Source: Geobacter metallireducens GS-15
GTDB lineage: Bacteria > Desulfobacterota > Desulfuromonadia > Geobacterales > Geobacteraceae
NCBI RefSeq assembly: GCF_000012925.1
Contig: NC_007517.1
Location: forward strand, 2,700,001 to 2,732,000
Reading direction: 5' to 3'
DNA: 32,000 nucleotides
Both the position numbers and the translations under genes were made by a program. Under the pieces are notes generated by a model. That model worked only from the letters and a program-made list of their open reading frames with translations. It was not told the DNA's origin and searched no databases. This document shows positions 21,052 to 29,095 of this stretch, piece after piece; the stretch's first letter is position 1, and every line of letters begins with the position of its first letter.

Positions 21052-22209
21052 CTACCCTATCCTCCGCAGGCCATCCGCTATTCCAATGGTCGCCCCTCGC
21101 CAGGTGGGGAAGATTCCCGCCACGACCCCCACCACGAGGGCGGCGGCCAGGTCCATCACGATGGTTTGCGGGGCAATGGAGAAGACCGGGAAGAACTGGG
21201 AGAGTTCCGTCTCGATCCAGTGGGCCGCCGGAAAGGTGCAGGCAACCCCGGCAATCCCGCCGATCATGGCGATGACAATGGATTCGCCAAAGACCACCCC
21301 CGCGATGTGGATCGCCCCGAAGCCGAGGGTTTTCAGGGTGGCGTACTCGGCGATCCGCTCCCGGGCGGTCATGGCCATGGTGTTGGCCGCCACTACCATG
21401 ATGATGACGATCACCACGTAGGAGACGATCTGGATGGCAACTAGGATCGCCTCGGTCATGGAGACAAAACCCATCTGGAACGCCTTCTCGGTCTCGGTCA
21501 GGGTCTCGGCCAGGGAGTTCTTGAAGATGGCATCGATCGCCAGGGAGACCTCCGCCGCCTGTTCCGGCTTGGTGAGGGAGATCATGTAAAACCCCACCTG
21601 GTCGGCCCGACGGGCAATGGTCTTCTTGACGGTTTCGTTCAGGTAGTCCCAGTGGAAGAAGAGCTGGGTCTCGTCGGTGTTCTTCTGGGCACCCCGGTAG
21701 ATCCCCCGGATCACGAAGTCCCACTGGCCGGGAAAGATGGTCCCACGCAGCGTCACCTGATCCCCCACCTTCCAGCCGAAGCGCTCGGCGGTCTTCCGCC
21801 CCACGATGCACCCCTTGCGGTCAAGGGCAAAGGCCTTTACCTGAGAGGGGTCGATGACGTACTCGGGGTACATGGCCAGGTAGCTCTTGGGTTCGACGGC
21901 GAAGTTGGGGAAAAAGTTCTTCTCGTCCTTGTAGATACCGCCGAACCAGTTCCCCCAGGAGACGTCCTTCACCCCCGGCACCTGGCGGATCCGATCCTTG
22001 TAGGATATGGGGAGGGGAAAGACGAGAGAGATGGCATTGCGGGTGATGAGGCGGGAGGCCGACGACGCCTCCACTCCGGCGTACCAGAGATCCACCAGGG
22101 TCCGCAGCAGGCCGAAGGCCACGATGGCAATGGCCACCCCCACGATGGTGAGAGTGGTCCGGAGCTTGTGGCGGAAGGCGTTGCGTATAAGGAGCTTGAG
22201 GATGAACAC
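21052..22209 (-). CDS. ABC transporter permease, FtsX/MacB-type (permease 1).
   Basis: 385 aa with the same architecture ([18 protein letters not shown]...). GTG start 3 nt after the ATPase stop. Confidence 0.85.
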   Translation of the reverse strand: MFILKLLIRNAFRHKLRTTLTIVGVAIAIVAFGLLRTLVDLWYAGVEASSASRLITRNAISLVFPLPISYKDRIRQVPGVKDVSWGNWFGGIYKDEKNFFPNFAVEPKSYLAMYPEYVIDPSQVKAFALDRKGCIVGRKTAERFGWKVGDQVTLRGTIFPGQWDFVIRGIYRGAQKNTDETQLFFHWDYLNETVKKTIARRADQVGFYMISLTKPEQAAEVSLAIDAIFKNSLAETLTETEKAFQMGFVSMTEAILVAIQIVSYVVIVIIMVVAANTMAMTARERIAEYATLKTLGFGAIHIAGVVFGESIVIAMIGGIAGVACTFPAAHWIETELSQFFPVFSIAPQTIVMDLAAALVVGVVAGIFPTWRGATIGIADGLRRIG

Positions 22210-22212
22210 GGT

Positions 22213-22908
22213 CTACCCCGCCCCGTCGGTCAGCTCCCCCTTCTCCAGGTGGAGGAGCCGGTGGGCCTGCTCGGCAGCCCGGGGGTCGTGGGTGACCATG
22301 ATGATGGTTTTGCCGAAACCGCTGACGAGGCGCTCCATGAGCGCGAGGATCTCCCCGGCCGAGACCCGGTCCAGGTCGCCGGTGGGCTCGTCGGCCACGA
22401 GGATCTCCGGGTCGGTGACCATGGCCCGGGCAATGGCGACCCGCTGCTGCTGTCCCCCCGAGAGCTGGGAGGGATAGTGGTCAATCCGGTCGGCGAGCCC
22501 CACCAAAGAGAGGACCGTCTCCACATGCTCCCGCCGCTCCCGGCGGGTGAGCCCCGTGAGGAGGAGCGGCAACTCCACGTTCTCGAAGGCGGTCAGCACC
22601 GGGATCAGGTTGTAGAACTGGAAGATGAACCCCACGTTGCCGGCCCGCCACGCGGCCAGCTCCGCCTCGGGGAGGGTGCTGATCTCCACCCCGCCAATGG
22701 TGATGGTACCGCTGTCGGCCTTGTCGATGCCGGCGATGAGGTTCAGGAGCGTGCTCTTCCCTGACCCCGACGGTCCCATGAGGGCCAGGAACTCCCCCGG
22801 CGCGATGTCGAAGGAGATATCCTGAAGCACCGGCACGATCTGCTGGCCCCGCCGGTACGACTTGGAGAGGTTGCGCACGGCAACGATGGGAGGGGTGGTT
22901 TCTGCCAT
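22213..22908 (-). CDS. ABC transporter ATP-binding protein (MacB/LolD-like).
   Basis: 231 aa. Walker [11 protein letters not shown]-loop, signature [14 protein letters not shown], Walker [14 protein letters not shown]-loop VTHD. Confidence 0.9.
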   Translation of the reverse strand: MAETTPPIVAVRNLSKSYRRGQQIVPVLQDISFDIAPGEFLALMGPSGSGKSTLLNLIAGIDKADSGTITIGGVEISTLPEAELAAWRAGNVGFIFQFYNLIPVLTAFENVELPLLLTGLTRRERREHVETVLSLVGLADRIDHYPSQLSGGQQQRVAIARAMVTDPEILVADEPTGDLDRVSAGEILALMERLVSGFGKTIIMVTHDPRAAEQAHRLLHLEKGELTDGAG

Positions 22909-24123
22909 CTACTTCTCCGCCGTCTTGATCTTCGTCCCGTCCTTGAGCTTATCCAGGGGCTTGAGGGCGATCTTGTCGCCCGGCTTGGCGCCGGCGGTTA
23001 TCTCCAGCATCTCGCCGATCTTCGCGCCCACGGTGACTGGCGTTTCCGCCACCCGGCCACCCTTCACGAGAAAGAGCACCTTCCGCCCTCCCCGCTCCAC
23101 TACCGCAGCGGGGTTCACCGCCGTCTTGGGCTTTTCCTCGCCCGGCGCCACGAGATGCTCCAGAAAAGCCACCTTGGCGCTCATCTCCGGCAGTATCCGC
23201 GGGTCGAGCTTCTCGAAGCGGACCTTCACGAGCACTGTCGCCTTGGAGCGGTCGGCGGTGGGGACCACCATGTGGACCCTCCCCTTAAAGCGCACTTCGG
23301 GAAGGGCATCCAGCTGTATCTCGCACGGTTGCCCGACCTTTACCGTCTCCAGGTTCGATTCGGAGACATCGGCCTCCACCTGGAGGGAGCCGAGGTCGGC
23401 AATGGTGACCACCGCGGCCTTGGCGTTGGCCGCGGCGCCGATGGGGGTGACGATATCGCCGATATCGGCGTTCTTGGTAAGGACCACGGCGTCGAAGGGG
23501 GCACGGATGAAGGAGTATTCCAGATTCACCTGGGCACCCCTGAGGGCCGCCTCGGAAGCGACGATGGAGGCACTGGCCCCGGTCACTGCCGCCTTTGCCC
23601 GGCGGTAGCGGGCCTCGGCGGAATCGTACTCGGCCTTGGCGACAATCCCCTCCTTCAGGAGTTGTTTCTCCCGCTCAAAGGCCAGGGTAGCATCGGTGAG
23701 CTCGGCCTTGGCCTGGTCGAGGCTCGCCCGGGAAGTTTTCACGGTGGCGGCGGCCTGATCCCTGGCTGCCGCGGCATCGAGGTTTTCCAGGCGGGCGAGG
23801 ATTTCGCCCTGTTTCACGCGGCTCCCCTCCTCCACTCCCAGCCAGTCAAGCCGACCGGTCACCTTGGCGGCCACGGCGGCCTTGCGCTGGGCCACCACAT
23901 AACCGCTGGCGTTCAGGAGTGTGTAGGCCTGGGAAGGGTAGACCTGGGTCACGGTGCCCGTTTCCACGGTTACCGCCGGCGAAAGGACGCCGCTCACGAA
24001 GAGGATCAGGAGCACAACCACCGCCACAGCTGCCACAATCCAGAAGCGCGGCCGGCGCCGGCCTCCCGAACGGGCAAGGGCGCCCTTGTCGATCTTCAGC
24101 TTTCCCAGGTCTTCGTTGGCCAT
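22909..24123 (-). CDS. Efflux periplasmic adaptor protein (HlyD/MacA membrane-fusion family).
   Basis: N-terminal TM (FWIVAAVAVVVLLILFV), a coiled-coil hairpin (AARDQAAATVKTSRASLDQAKAEL...) and lipoyl/beta-barrel segments. I use ATG 24123 (GGAG 7 nt upstream) rather than the track's TTG at 24168. Confidence 0.85.
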   Translation of the reverse strand: MANEDLGKLKIDKGALARSGGRRRPRFWIVAAVAVVVLLILFVSGVLSPAVTVETGTVTQVYPSQAYTLLNASGYVVAQRKAAVAAKVTGRLDWLGVEEGSRVKQGEILARLENLDAAAARDQAAATVKTSRASLDQAKAELTDATLAFEREKQLLKEGIVAKAEYDSAEARYRRAKAAVTGASASIVASEAALRGAQVNLEYSFIRAPFDAVVLTKNADIGDIVTPIGAAANAKAAVVTIADLGSLQVEADVSESNLETVKVGQPCEIQLDALPEVRFKGRVHMVVPTADRSKATVLVKVRFEKLDPRILPEMSAKVAFLEHLVAPGEEKPKTAVNPAAVVERGGRKVLFLVKGGRVAETPVTVGAKIGEMLEITAGAKPGDKIALKPLDKLKDGTKIKTAEK

Positions 24124-24221
24124 AGAGTTCTCCGGGGAGGATTCATGTGAAAGTTTGCTACGCGGCAATGACGTAAGAGCATAGCATTAGTAACCCATGG
24201 TGTGAAGAGGGGAAGAGGCCA

Positions 24222-24258
24222 CAAAAAAGCCGGTCGGGACGGACTCCCTTCCGGCTTT
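24222..24258 (-). terminator. Rho-independent terminator after the DJ-1/PfpI gene.
   Basis: Minus strand: AAAGCCGG (24258..24251), an internal GGGA/TCCC stem, CCGGCTTT (24233..24226), then a T-run continuing to 24223. Confidence 0.65.
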
Positions 24259-24288
24259 CCTGTAAAGTGTCGGCCCGAACAGAACATC

Positions 24289-24792
24289 CTATCCCTTGAG
24301 CTTCTTCATGAGCTCGCGCATGAAGGCGGGGATGTCCGACGGCTGCCGTGAGGTGATCAGGTTGCCATCCACCACCACCTCGCTGTCCTCGTAGAGGGCA
24401 CCGGCCCCCCGCATTTCGTCGGCCACGGACTGGTAGCAGGTGGCCCGCCGTCCCGACAGGAGACCGGCACTGATAAGGATCTGGGGGCCATGGCAGATGG
24501 CGGCAACGGGCTTGTTATGGGCAAAGAAGCTGCGGCAGATCTCCAGGGCGGCGGGTTCCTTTCGGACGGCAGCCGGCGCCTTCCCGCCCGGAAGGACAAG
24601 GAGGGCATACCCCTCGGGATTCACCTCCGCGAGAGACTTGTCCGCCTGCACCTCGTAGCCGTGCTTCCCCGTGATGGTTCCGCGGTGGATTGATGCAATG
24701 TCCACCGGGATCCCCTCCTCCAGCAGGCGGTAGTAGGGGGCGAGAAGTTCGGAGTCCTCAAACTGGTCGACGCTGATGATGAGTGCTTTCAT
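24289..24792 (-). CDS. DJ-1/PfpI family protein (class I glutamine amidotransferase-like).
   Basis: 167 aa from ATG 24792 (GGGAGGA SD upstream): MKALIISVDQFEDSELLAPYYRL...VAAICHGPQILISAG (nucleophile-elbow Cys-His). The track's 236-aa version adds an Arg/Cys-rich leader that overlaps the sod terminator and the sod 3' end. Confidence 0.85.
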   Translation of the reverse strand: MKALIISVDQFEDSELLAPYYRLLEEGIPVDIASIHRGTITGKHGYEVQADKSLAEVNPEGYALLVLPGGKAPAAVRKEPAALEICRSFFAHNKPVAAICHGPQILISAGLLSGRRATCYQSVADEMRGAGALYEDSEVVVDGNLITSRQPSDIPAFMRELMKKLKG

Positions 24793-24814
24793 GGCTTTTC
24801 CTCCCTGAAAACGG

Positions 24815-24844
24815 CGTAGGGGCAATTCACGAATTGCCCCTACG
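24815..24844 (-). terminator. Rho-independent terminator after the superoxide dismutase gene.
   Basis: 13-bp perfect stem CGTAGGGGCAATT / AATTGCCCCTACG with a 4-nt loop, followed on the minus strand by CCGTTTTC. Confidence 0.65.
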
Positions 24845-24866
24845 TTACATCCCGTATTGTGCCTGG

Positions 24867-25445
24867 TTACTTCAGCCGCGCCTCGGCAGCCTTCCAGTCG
24901 ATGTTCCTGAAGAAGGCCTCGATATAGTCGGCCCGCTTGAGCCCGTAGTCGAGCATGAAGGCATGCTCGAACACATCCATGATCAGGATCGGCGCGCACC
25001 CGGCCGGATGGGCCACGTCATGCTCGTTGATCCAGAAGTTCATCAGGCGGCCTGAGGCCGAATCCTGGTAGAGAACCGCCCAGCCGATGCCGCGCATGGC
25101 GCCGGTGGCCCGGAAGTCCTTCTCCCACGCCTCGACGCTCCCGAAATCGGCGGCCATTTTGGCGGCCAGCTTCCCGGCCTGGTCGATGCCCCCCTTACCC
25201 CCCAGGTTCTCGAAGTAGAACTCGTGGAGCCGCATGCCGTTGAACTCCCACCCCAGGCGGCGCTTGAGCTCCGCATACTCGGGGGCTGCGGTGTTGCCCG
25301 CCTTGAGCATCCCGTCGAGAATGTCGAGCACCTTGTTGGTGTTGGTGACATAACCCTGGTACAGGGTGAAATGGTTTTTCAGGAGCGCTTCGCTGAAGCC
25401 CTCCATGCCGAGCAGTTTCGCGTAATCCTTAGCTTCATAGGCCAT
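24867..25445 (-). CDS. Fe/Mn-family superoxide dismutase.
   Basis: 192 aa. C-terminal metal-ligand motif DVFEHAFMLDY, plus GWAVLY and FNGMRLHEFYF. N-terminal His in KNHFTLYQGYVTN. SD AAGGAGGA upstream. Confidence 0.9.
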   Translation of the reverse strand: MAYEAKDYAKLLGMEGFSEALLKNHFTLYQGYVTNTNKVLDILDGMLKAGNTAAPEYAELKRRLGWEFNGMRLHEFYFENLGGKGGIDQAGKLAAKMAADFGSVEAWEKDFRATGAMRGIGWAVLYQDSASGRLMNFWINEHDVAHPAGCAPILIMDVFEHAFMLDYGLKRADYIEAFFRNIDWKAAEARLK

Positions 25446-25531
25446 GACTCTTCCTCCTTGGGGATCGTGAAATATCTTCCGGTGCCGTGGGGCACGGACA
25501 TAAACTTATCACGTATCCGGCAAAGGTCAAG

Positions 25532-25560
25532 ACAAAAAGGATAAATATAGTCCTTTTTGT
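25532..25560 (-). terminator. Weak AT-rich hairpin after the DUF503 gene; possible terminator.
   Basis: 10-bp perfect stem ACAAAAAGGA / TCCTTTTTGT with a 9-nt loop. It has only 3 G:C pairs and the T-run lies inside the stem. Confidence 0.3.
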
Positions 25561-25566
25561 CCCGTT

Positions 25567-25848
25567 TCAGCATTCCTCGATGAGAGATGCGACGACCTCC
25601 ACATCGGGCCGCTCCTCGGCGATCCACTCTTCGACCCGGTCCAGGAGATGCCGGACCCGGGCGCGGTCTCCGCCCACGGTCACGAAAGCAATGACCGTCT
25701 CGCCGTGGACATCCTGGAGATCCACCTCGGCGGCGGCGACATTGAAGTTCTGCCGCGCCCGGGCGATAAGGCTCTTCACGATCCCCCGCTTTCCCTTGAG
25801 GGAATCGGTCGGCAGAAAGATGTGGAAGCGGGCGGAGAAGACGAACAT
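25567..25848 (-). CDS. DUF503 (YlxP-like) protein.
   Basis: MFVFSARFHIFLPTDSLKGKRGIVKSLIARARQNFNVAAAEVDLQDVHGETVIAFVTVGGD matches the DUF503 pattern. I use the second ATG at 25848, 7 nt after GGAG. The track start at 25854 is only 1 nt from the SD. Confidence 0.7.
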   Translation of the reverse strand: MFVFSARFHIFLPTDSLKGKRGIVKSLIARARQNFNVAAAEVDLQDVHGETVIAFVTVGGDRARVRHLLDRVEEWIAEERPDVEVVASLIEEC

Positions 25849-25888
25849 GTGCATGCTCCAAAAACAAACAACGAGGATTTCTTCGTTT

Positions 25889-27274
25889 TCAAAATTCCGC
25901 GTGGCGAGGGGTGCGGGGGAACGGAATCACGTCGCGGATGTTCTCCATGCCGGTGAGGTACATGATGAGCCGCTCGAAGCCGAGACCGAAACCGGCGTGG
26001 GGGGTGGAGCCCCAGCGGCGGGAGTCGAGATACCACCAGAGCCCCTCGGGATTGACCCCCACCTCGGCCATGCGCCCTTCGAGGACAGGGAGCCGTTCCT
26101 CCCGCTGGCTCCCGCCGATGATCTCACCCACCTTGGGGACGAGAAGATCCATGGCGGCCACGGTCTTGTTGTCGTCGTTCACCCGCATGTAGAACGCCTT
26201 GATGTGCTTGGGGTAGTTGATAACAAAGACCGGTCCCCCCACCACCTGCTCGGTGAGATAGCGCTCATGCTCGGTCTGGAGGTCGAGCCCCCACTCCACG
26301 GGGTACTCGAATGTCACGGTCGCCTTCTTGAGGCGCTCGATGGCCTCGCCGTACTCCATGATGGCGAAGGAGGAGTTCGCCACCTGCTCCACCCGGGCAA
26401 TGAGTCCCTTGTCGATGTGGTCGTTGAAGAACGCCATATCCTCCCCGCAGGCGTCAAGGACATGGCGGCAGAGGTAGCGGAAGAACTCCTCGGCCAGGGC
26501 TGCGTCAGCCATGAGATCGGCAAAGGCCATCTCGGGCTCGATCATCCAGAACTCGGCGGCGTGGCGGGGGGTGTTGGAGTTCTCGGCCCGGAAGGTGGGG
26601 CCAAAGGTATAAATATCGCTGAAGGCCTGGGCGAAAAGCTCCCCCTCAAGCTGGCCGCTCACGGTGAGCCCCGCCTGGGCGGCGAAGAAGTCGCGGCTGA
26701 AGTCAACCTCCCCCTCCAGAAGCGGTGGAGCGGCCGGATCAAGGGTGGTGACCCGAAACATCTCCCCTGCCCCCTCGCAGTCACTGGTGGTGATGATGGG
26801 GGTGTGGACATAGAGGAATCCCCGCTCGGCAAAGAAGCGGTGCACCGCCTGGGCCACGGAGGAGCGGACCCGGAAAACCGCCCCGAAGGTGTTGGAACGG
26901 GGGCGGAGGTGGGCGATACTCCGCAGGTACTCGAAGGAGTGACGCTTTTTCTGGAGGGGATAGCTCTCGTCGGCGAGGCCGATCACCGCCACCTCATCGG
27001 CGTGGAGCTCATAGCACTGGCCGCTGGCCGGCGAATCCACGAGACGCCCCCGGACCGCCACGGCGGCGCCGGTGCCAATGGCGCAGACATCGGCAAAAGT
27101 GGCAAGCCCTGGCTCGGCCACCACCTGGAGATTGGCGAAGCAGGAGCCGTCGTTCAGGGCCAGGAAGGCGACCTCTTTCCCTGTCCGGATGGTCCTCACC
27201 CACCCTTTTACCATTATCTCATTCCCCAGCCCTTCGCCGGCCAGGGCGTTCCGGATACGTATGCGTGCGCTCAT
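25889..27274 (-). CDS. asnS: Asparagine--tRNA ligase.
   Basis: 461 aa from ATG 27274 (GGGGAG 8 nt upstream). Class IIb motifs [29 protein letters not shown] and [12 protein letters not shown]. The C-terminal [12 protein letters not shown] is typical of AsnRS. The track's 27-aa N-terminal extension is rejected. Confidence 0.9.
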   Translation of the reverse strand: MSARIRIRNALAGEGLGNEIMVKGWVRTIRTGKEVAFLALNDGSCFANLQVVAEPGLATFADVCAIGTGAAVAVRGRLVDSPASGQCYELHADEVAVIGLADESYPLQKKRHSFEYLRSIAHLRPRSNTFGAVFRVRSSVAQAVHRFFAERGFLYVHTPIITTSDCEGAGEMFRVTTLDPAAPPLLEGEVDFSRDFFAAQAGLTVSGQLEGELFAQAFSDIYTFGPTFRAENSNTPRHAAEFWMIEPEMAFADLMADAALAEEFFRYLCRHVLDACGEDMAFFNDHIDKGLIARVEQVANSSFAIMEYGEAIERLKKATVTFEYPVEWGLDLQTEHERYLTEQVVGGPVFVINYPKHIKAFYMRVNDDNKTVAAMDLLVPKVGEIIGGSQREERLPVLEGRMAEVGVNPEGLWWYLDSRRWGSTPHAGFGLGFERLIMYLTGMENIRDVIPFPRTPRHAEF

Positions 27275-27295
27275 GGTGCTGCTCCCCGTGGATAT

Positions 27296-27323
27296 TTGAC
27301 TTGGCGCGCCTCTCCGGTATAGT
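27296..27323 (+). promoter_or_regulatory. Candidate sigma70 promoter for the glutaredoxin-like gene.
   Basis: TTGACT (27296..27301), a 16-nt spacer, then TATAGT (27318..27323), 46 nt upstream of the ATG. Both hexamers match 5 of 6 positions. Confidence 0.45.
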
Positions 27324-27369
27324 TCAGAAAAGGCGACAGCCCAATTGTACAGCAAAGGAGAACCGAGTC

Positions 27370-27750
27370 ATGAAGAAAATATCCGCCCTCATCCCCCTTC
27401 TCATGCTCTCCCTGGCTGCAGTGTCAGGCCAGGCGGCGGAAGCCCCGGCTGCCGGCCAGAGCAAAATCGACGCCGTGGCAACGAAACAGCAGGCCTATCC
27501 GAAGGTCGTCCTCTACTCGGTTGCCTGGTGCCCCCACTGCAAGGAGGCGAAGGAATACTTCACGCGGAACAACATCCCCTTCATCAACAAGGACGTGGAG
27601 TTGGACGAGAAGGCCATGGACGAGCTGACCAAGACGTACAAGAGCCAGGGGGTTCCTGTCATCGTCATCGGCGACGACAAGAAGGTGCTGAAGGGGTTCA
27701 ACCCCGAGCTATTCGAGAAGGCGGTCAAGGACATTCAGTCGAAGAAATAG
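27370..27750 (+). CDS. Secreted glutaredoxin-fold thiol-disulfide oxidoreductase (CPHC active site).
   Basis: 126 aa from ATG 27370 (AAGGAG 9 nt upstream). Signal peptide MKKISALIPLLMLSLAAVSGQAAEA. Grx-like core VVLYSVAWCPHCKEAKEYF...GVPVIVIGD..VLKGFN. Confidence 0.8.
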   Translation: MKKISALIPLLMLSLAAVSGQAAEAPAAGQSKIDAVATKQQAYPKVVLYSVAWCPHCKEAKEYFTRNNIPFINKDVELDEKAMDELTKTYKSQGVPVIVIGDDKKVLKGFNPELFEKAVKDIQSKK

Positions 27751-27770
27751 GCGTCGCACCTTGCCAAATG

Positions 27771-27803
27771 AAAAAAGGGAGCCAATCACGGCTCCCTTTT
27801 TTT
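27771..27803. terminator. Bidirectional rho-independent terminator between the convergent grx-like and DMT genes.
   Basis: AAAAAA-GGGAGCC (27777..27783), loop AATCAC, GGCTCCC (27790..27796), then TTTTTTT. The A-run and T-run flank a G:C stem, so it is usable on both strands. Confidence 0.75.
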
Positions 27804-27842
27804 CTTTCCGGTCCCTGGACACGGTTTCCTGATTCCCGTCTG

Positions 27843-28223
27843 TCACTGGGCTCCGCTCTTGGTGATGAGCATGACGCCGACGCAGACCAGGATGGTGCCG
27901 GTCCAGCGAAGGGGCGAGACGGTCTCGCCAAGGAACCATTGGGAGAGGAACGCCACGAGGACGTAGTTGAGGGCCTGCATGGGGAGGGCCACGGAGAGGT
28001 CTTCCCAGGAGAGGACCGCCAGCCAGAGGAAGAAGAAGATCGCCAGCATGGCGGTGCCGATGATCAGCTTCGGCGTAGTGAGGGCCTGGATGGCCACGTT
28101 GAGGATCCCGCGCAGGTTCATGGCCGAGATATCCCCCATCTCCTTCATCCCCTTGGCGAGGAGGATGTCGCCGATGGTGCCGGCCGAGACGGCCATAAGC
28201 ATGATGATAAACGTTTTAAGCAT
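27843..28223 (-). CDS. Small 4-TM membrane protein of the EamA/DMT superfamily (single EamA-like domain).
   Basis: 126 aa from ATG 28223 (GAGG about 9 nt upstream): MLKTFIIMLMAVSAGTIGDILLAKGM..., with four hydrophobic helices. The start overlaps the hpnK stop by 8 nt (ATGCTTAA). Confidence 0.7.
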   Translation of the reverse strand: MLKTFIIMLMAVSAGTIGDILLAKGMKEMGDISAMNLRGILNVAIQALTTPKLIIGTAMLAIFFFLWLAVLSWEDLSVALPMQALNYVLVAFLSQWFLGETVSPLRWTGTILVCVGVMLITKSGAQ

Positions 28224-29082
28224 ACGTCTTGACCTCGCCCCGGTAGTTTTTGAGCCCAATGCCCAGCTCTTTCAGGCGCCCCTTCACCCGGCTGCTCGTG
28301 AGGGCCGCCAGTTCCTCCTCATGCCGGTAGTCGGGCATGCGCCGGGTGATTTCGGTGCAGGGGAGGCAACCGGGGTGGAAGTAGATCTCCGTGGTCCCCT
28401 CCTCCAGCGTCTCAAGGGCCTTGAGGAGGTACGACTCGGTCATCCGCCCCGAGCTGAGGAGCCCCTTCACTTCCCCCGTATAGCCGATGCCAAACCGATC
28501 CAGGACGGGACGGCAGCGATTGGCCAGCTTCGAGAAGATGAAGGCGTCCGTTGCCTTGCCGAAGAGGCGCGAGCGGTCGATGGCCAGGTTGGAACGGAGA
28601 TTTTCCCGGCTGAGGCGGAAGGTGGTGATGCCGTACTTGGGCATGAGCTCGCAGAGGATGTCGAAGACCACCGGGTGCATGTGGATGTTCAGGTGGCCGT
28701 CGATGTGAGACAGGGGAATGCCGGTCTGGAGGAAGCCCTCGATCTGGGCCTCGATCTCCCGGTGGAGCTGCTTGCGGAATGGCTTGATGAAATAGTAGCG
28801 CATCCCCGCATGGACCGGATCGTCAGTGAAAAGCCCCTTGGCGTCACAGATCCGGGGAAATTTGGGATGCTCCCCCACGGCCCGACCCTGGACGAGGGTG
28901 AGATGGAGTCCCACCTGGAGCCCCGGGTTGGCCTTGGCCAGGTGCACCGCCTCGTGGAAAGCATCCGCCCCGACCATGAGGGAGGCGGAGGTGAGGATAC
29001 CCTCCTGCCAGGCCTTGATGACCGCTTTGTTGACGCCGTCGGAGAGGCCGAAGTCGTCGGCATTGATGATGAGTTCTTTCAT
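28216..29082 (-). CDS. hpnK: YdjC/ChbG-family carbohydrate deacetylase; hopanoid-associated HpnK-like.
   Basis: 288 aa. The N-terminus MKELIINADDFGLSDGVNKAVIKAWQEGILTSASLMV is the YdjC signature, and there is an H-rich metal site (IDGHLNIHMHP). It lies 13 nt downstream of the HpnJ-like radical SAM gene. Confidence 0.7.
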   Translation of the reverse strand: MKELIINADDFGLSDGVNKAVIKAWQEGILTSASLMVGADAFHEAVHLAKANPGLQVGLHLTLVQGRAVGEHPKFPRICDAKGLFTDDPVHAGMRYYFIKPFRKQLHREIEAQIEGFLQTGIPLSHIDGHLNIHMHPVVFDILCELMPKYGITTFRLSRENLRSNLAIDRSRLFGKATDAFIFSKLANRCRPVLDRFGIGYTGEVKGLLSSGRMTESYLLKALETLEEGTTEIYFHPGCLPCTEITRRMPDYRHEEELAALTSSRVKGRLKELGIGLKNYRGEVKTYA

Positions 29083-29095
29083 GGGATGGCAGCCG

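Noticed and set aside
20735-24150. Alternative-frame or antisense ORFs across the ABC operon (20735..21811 minus, 21652..22764 plus, 23155..24150 plus).
   Set aside because: They overlap four tightly coupled genes that have canonical ABC, FtsX and HlyD features. Their Arg/Gly/Pro/His-rich composition is typical of non-coding frames.
24793-24999. 69-aa N-terminal extension of the DJ-1/PfpI ORF in the track.
   Set aside because: The extension runs through the sod terminator hairpin and overlaps the sod 3' end. An internal ATG at 24792 has a GGGAGGA SD and yields a normal-length PfpI protein.
25487-27322. 611-aa plus-strand ORF opposite DUF503 and asnS.
   Set aside because: It is antisense to asnS, which has all class II aaRS motifs. 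It spans an intergenic region and has shadow-ORF composition.
27275-27355. 27-aa N-terminal extension of asnS; the same issue applies to the upstream starts of the adaptor (24168), the DUF255 gene (16051) and frdC (9472).
   Set aside because: Internal ATGs with better SD spacing give N-termini that match the family start. The extensions use TTG or GTG starts or lack an SD.
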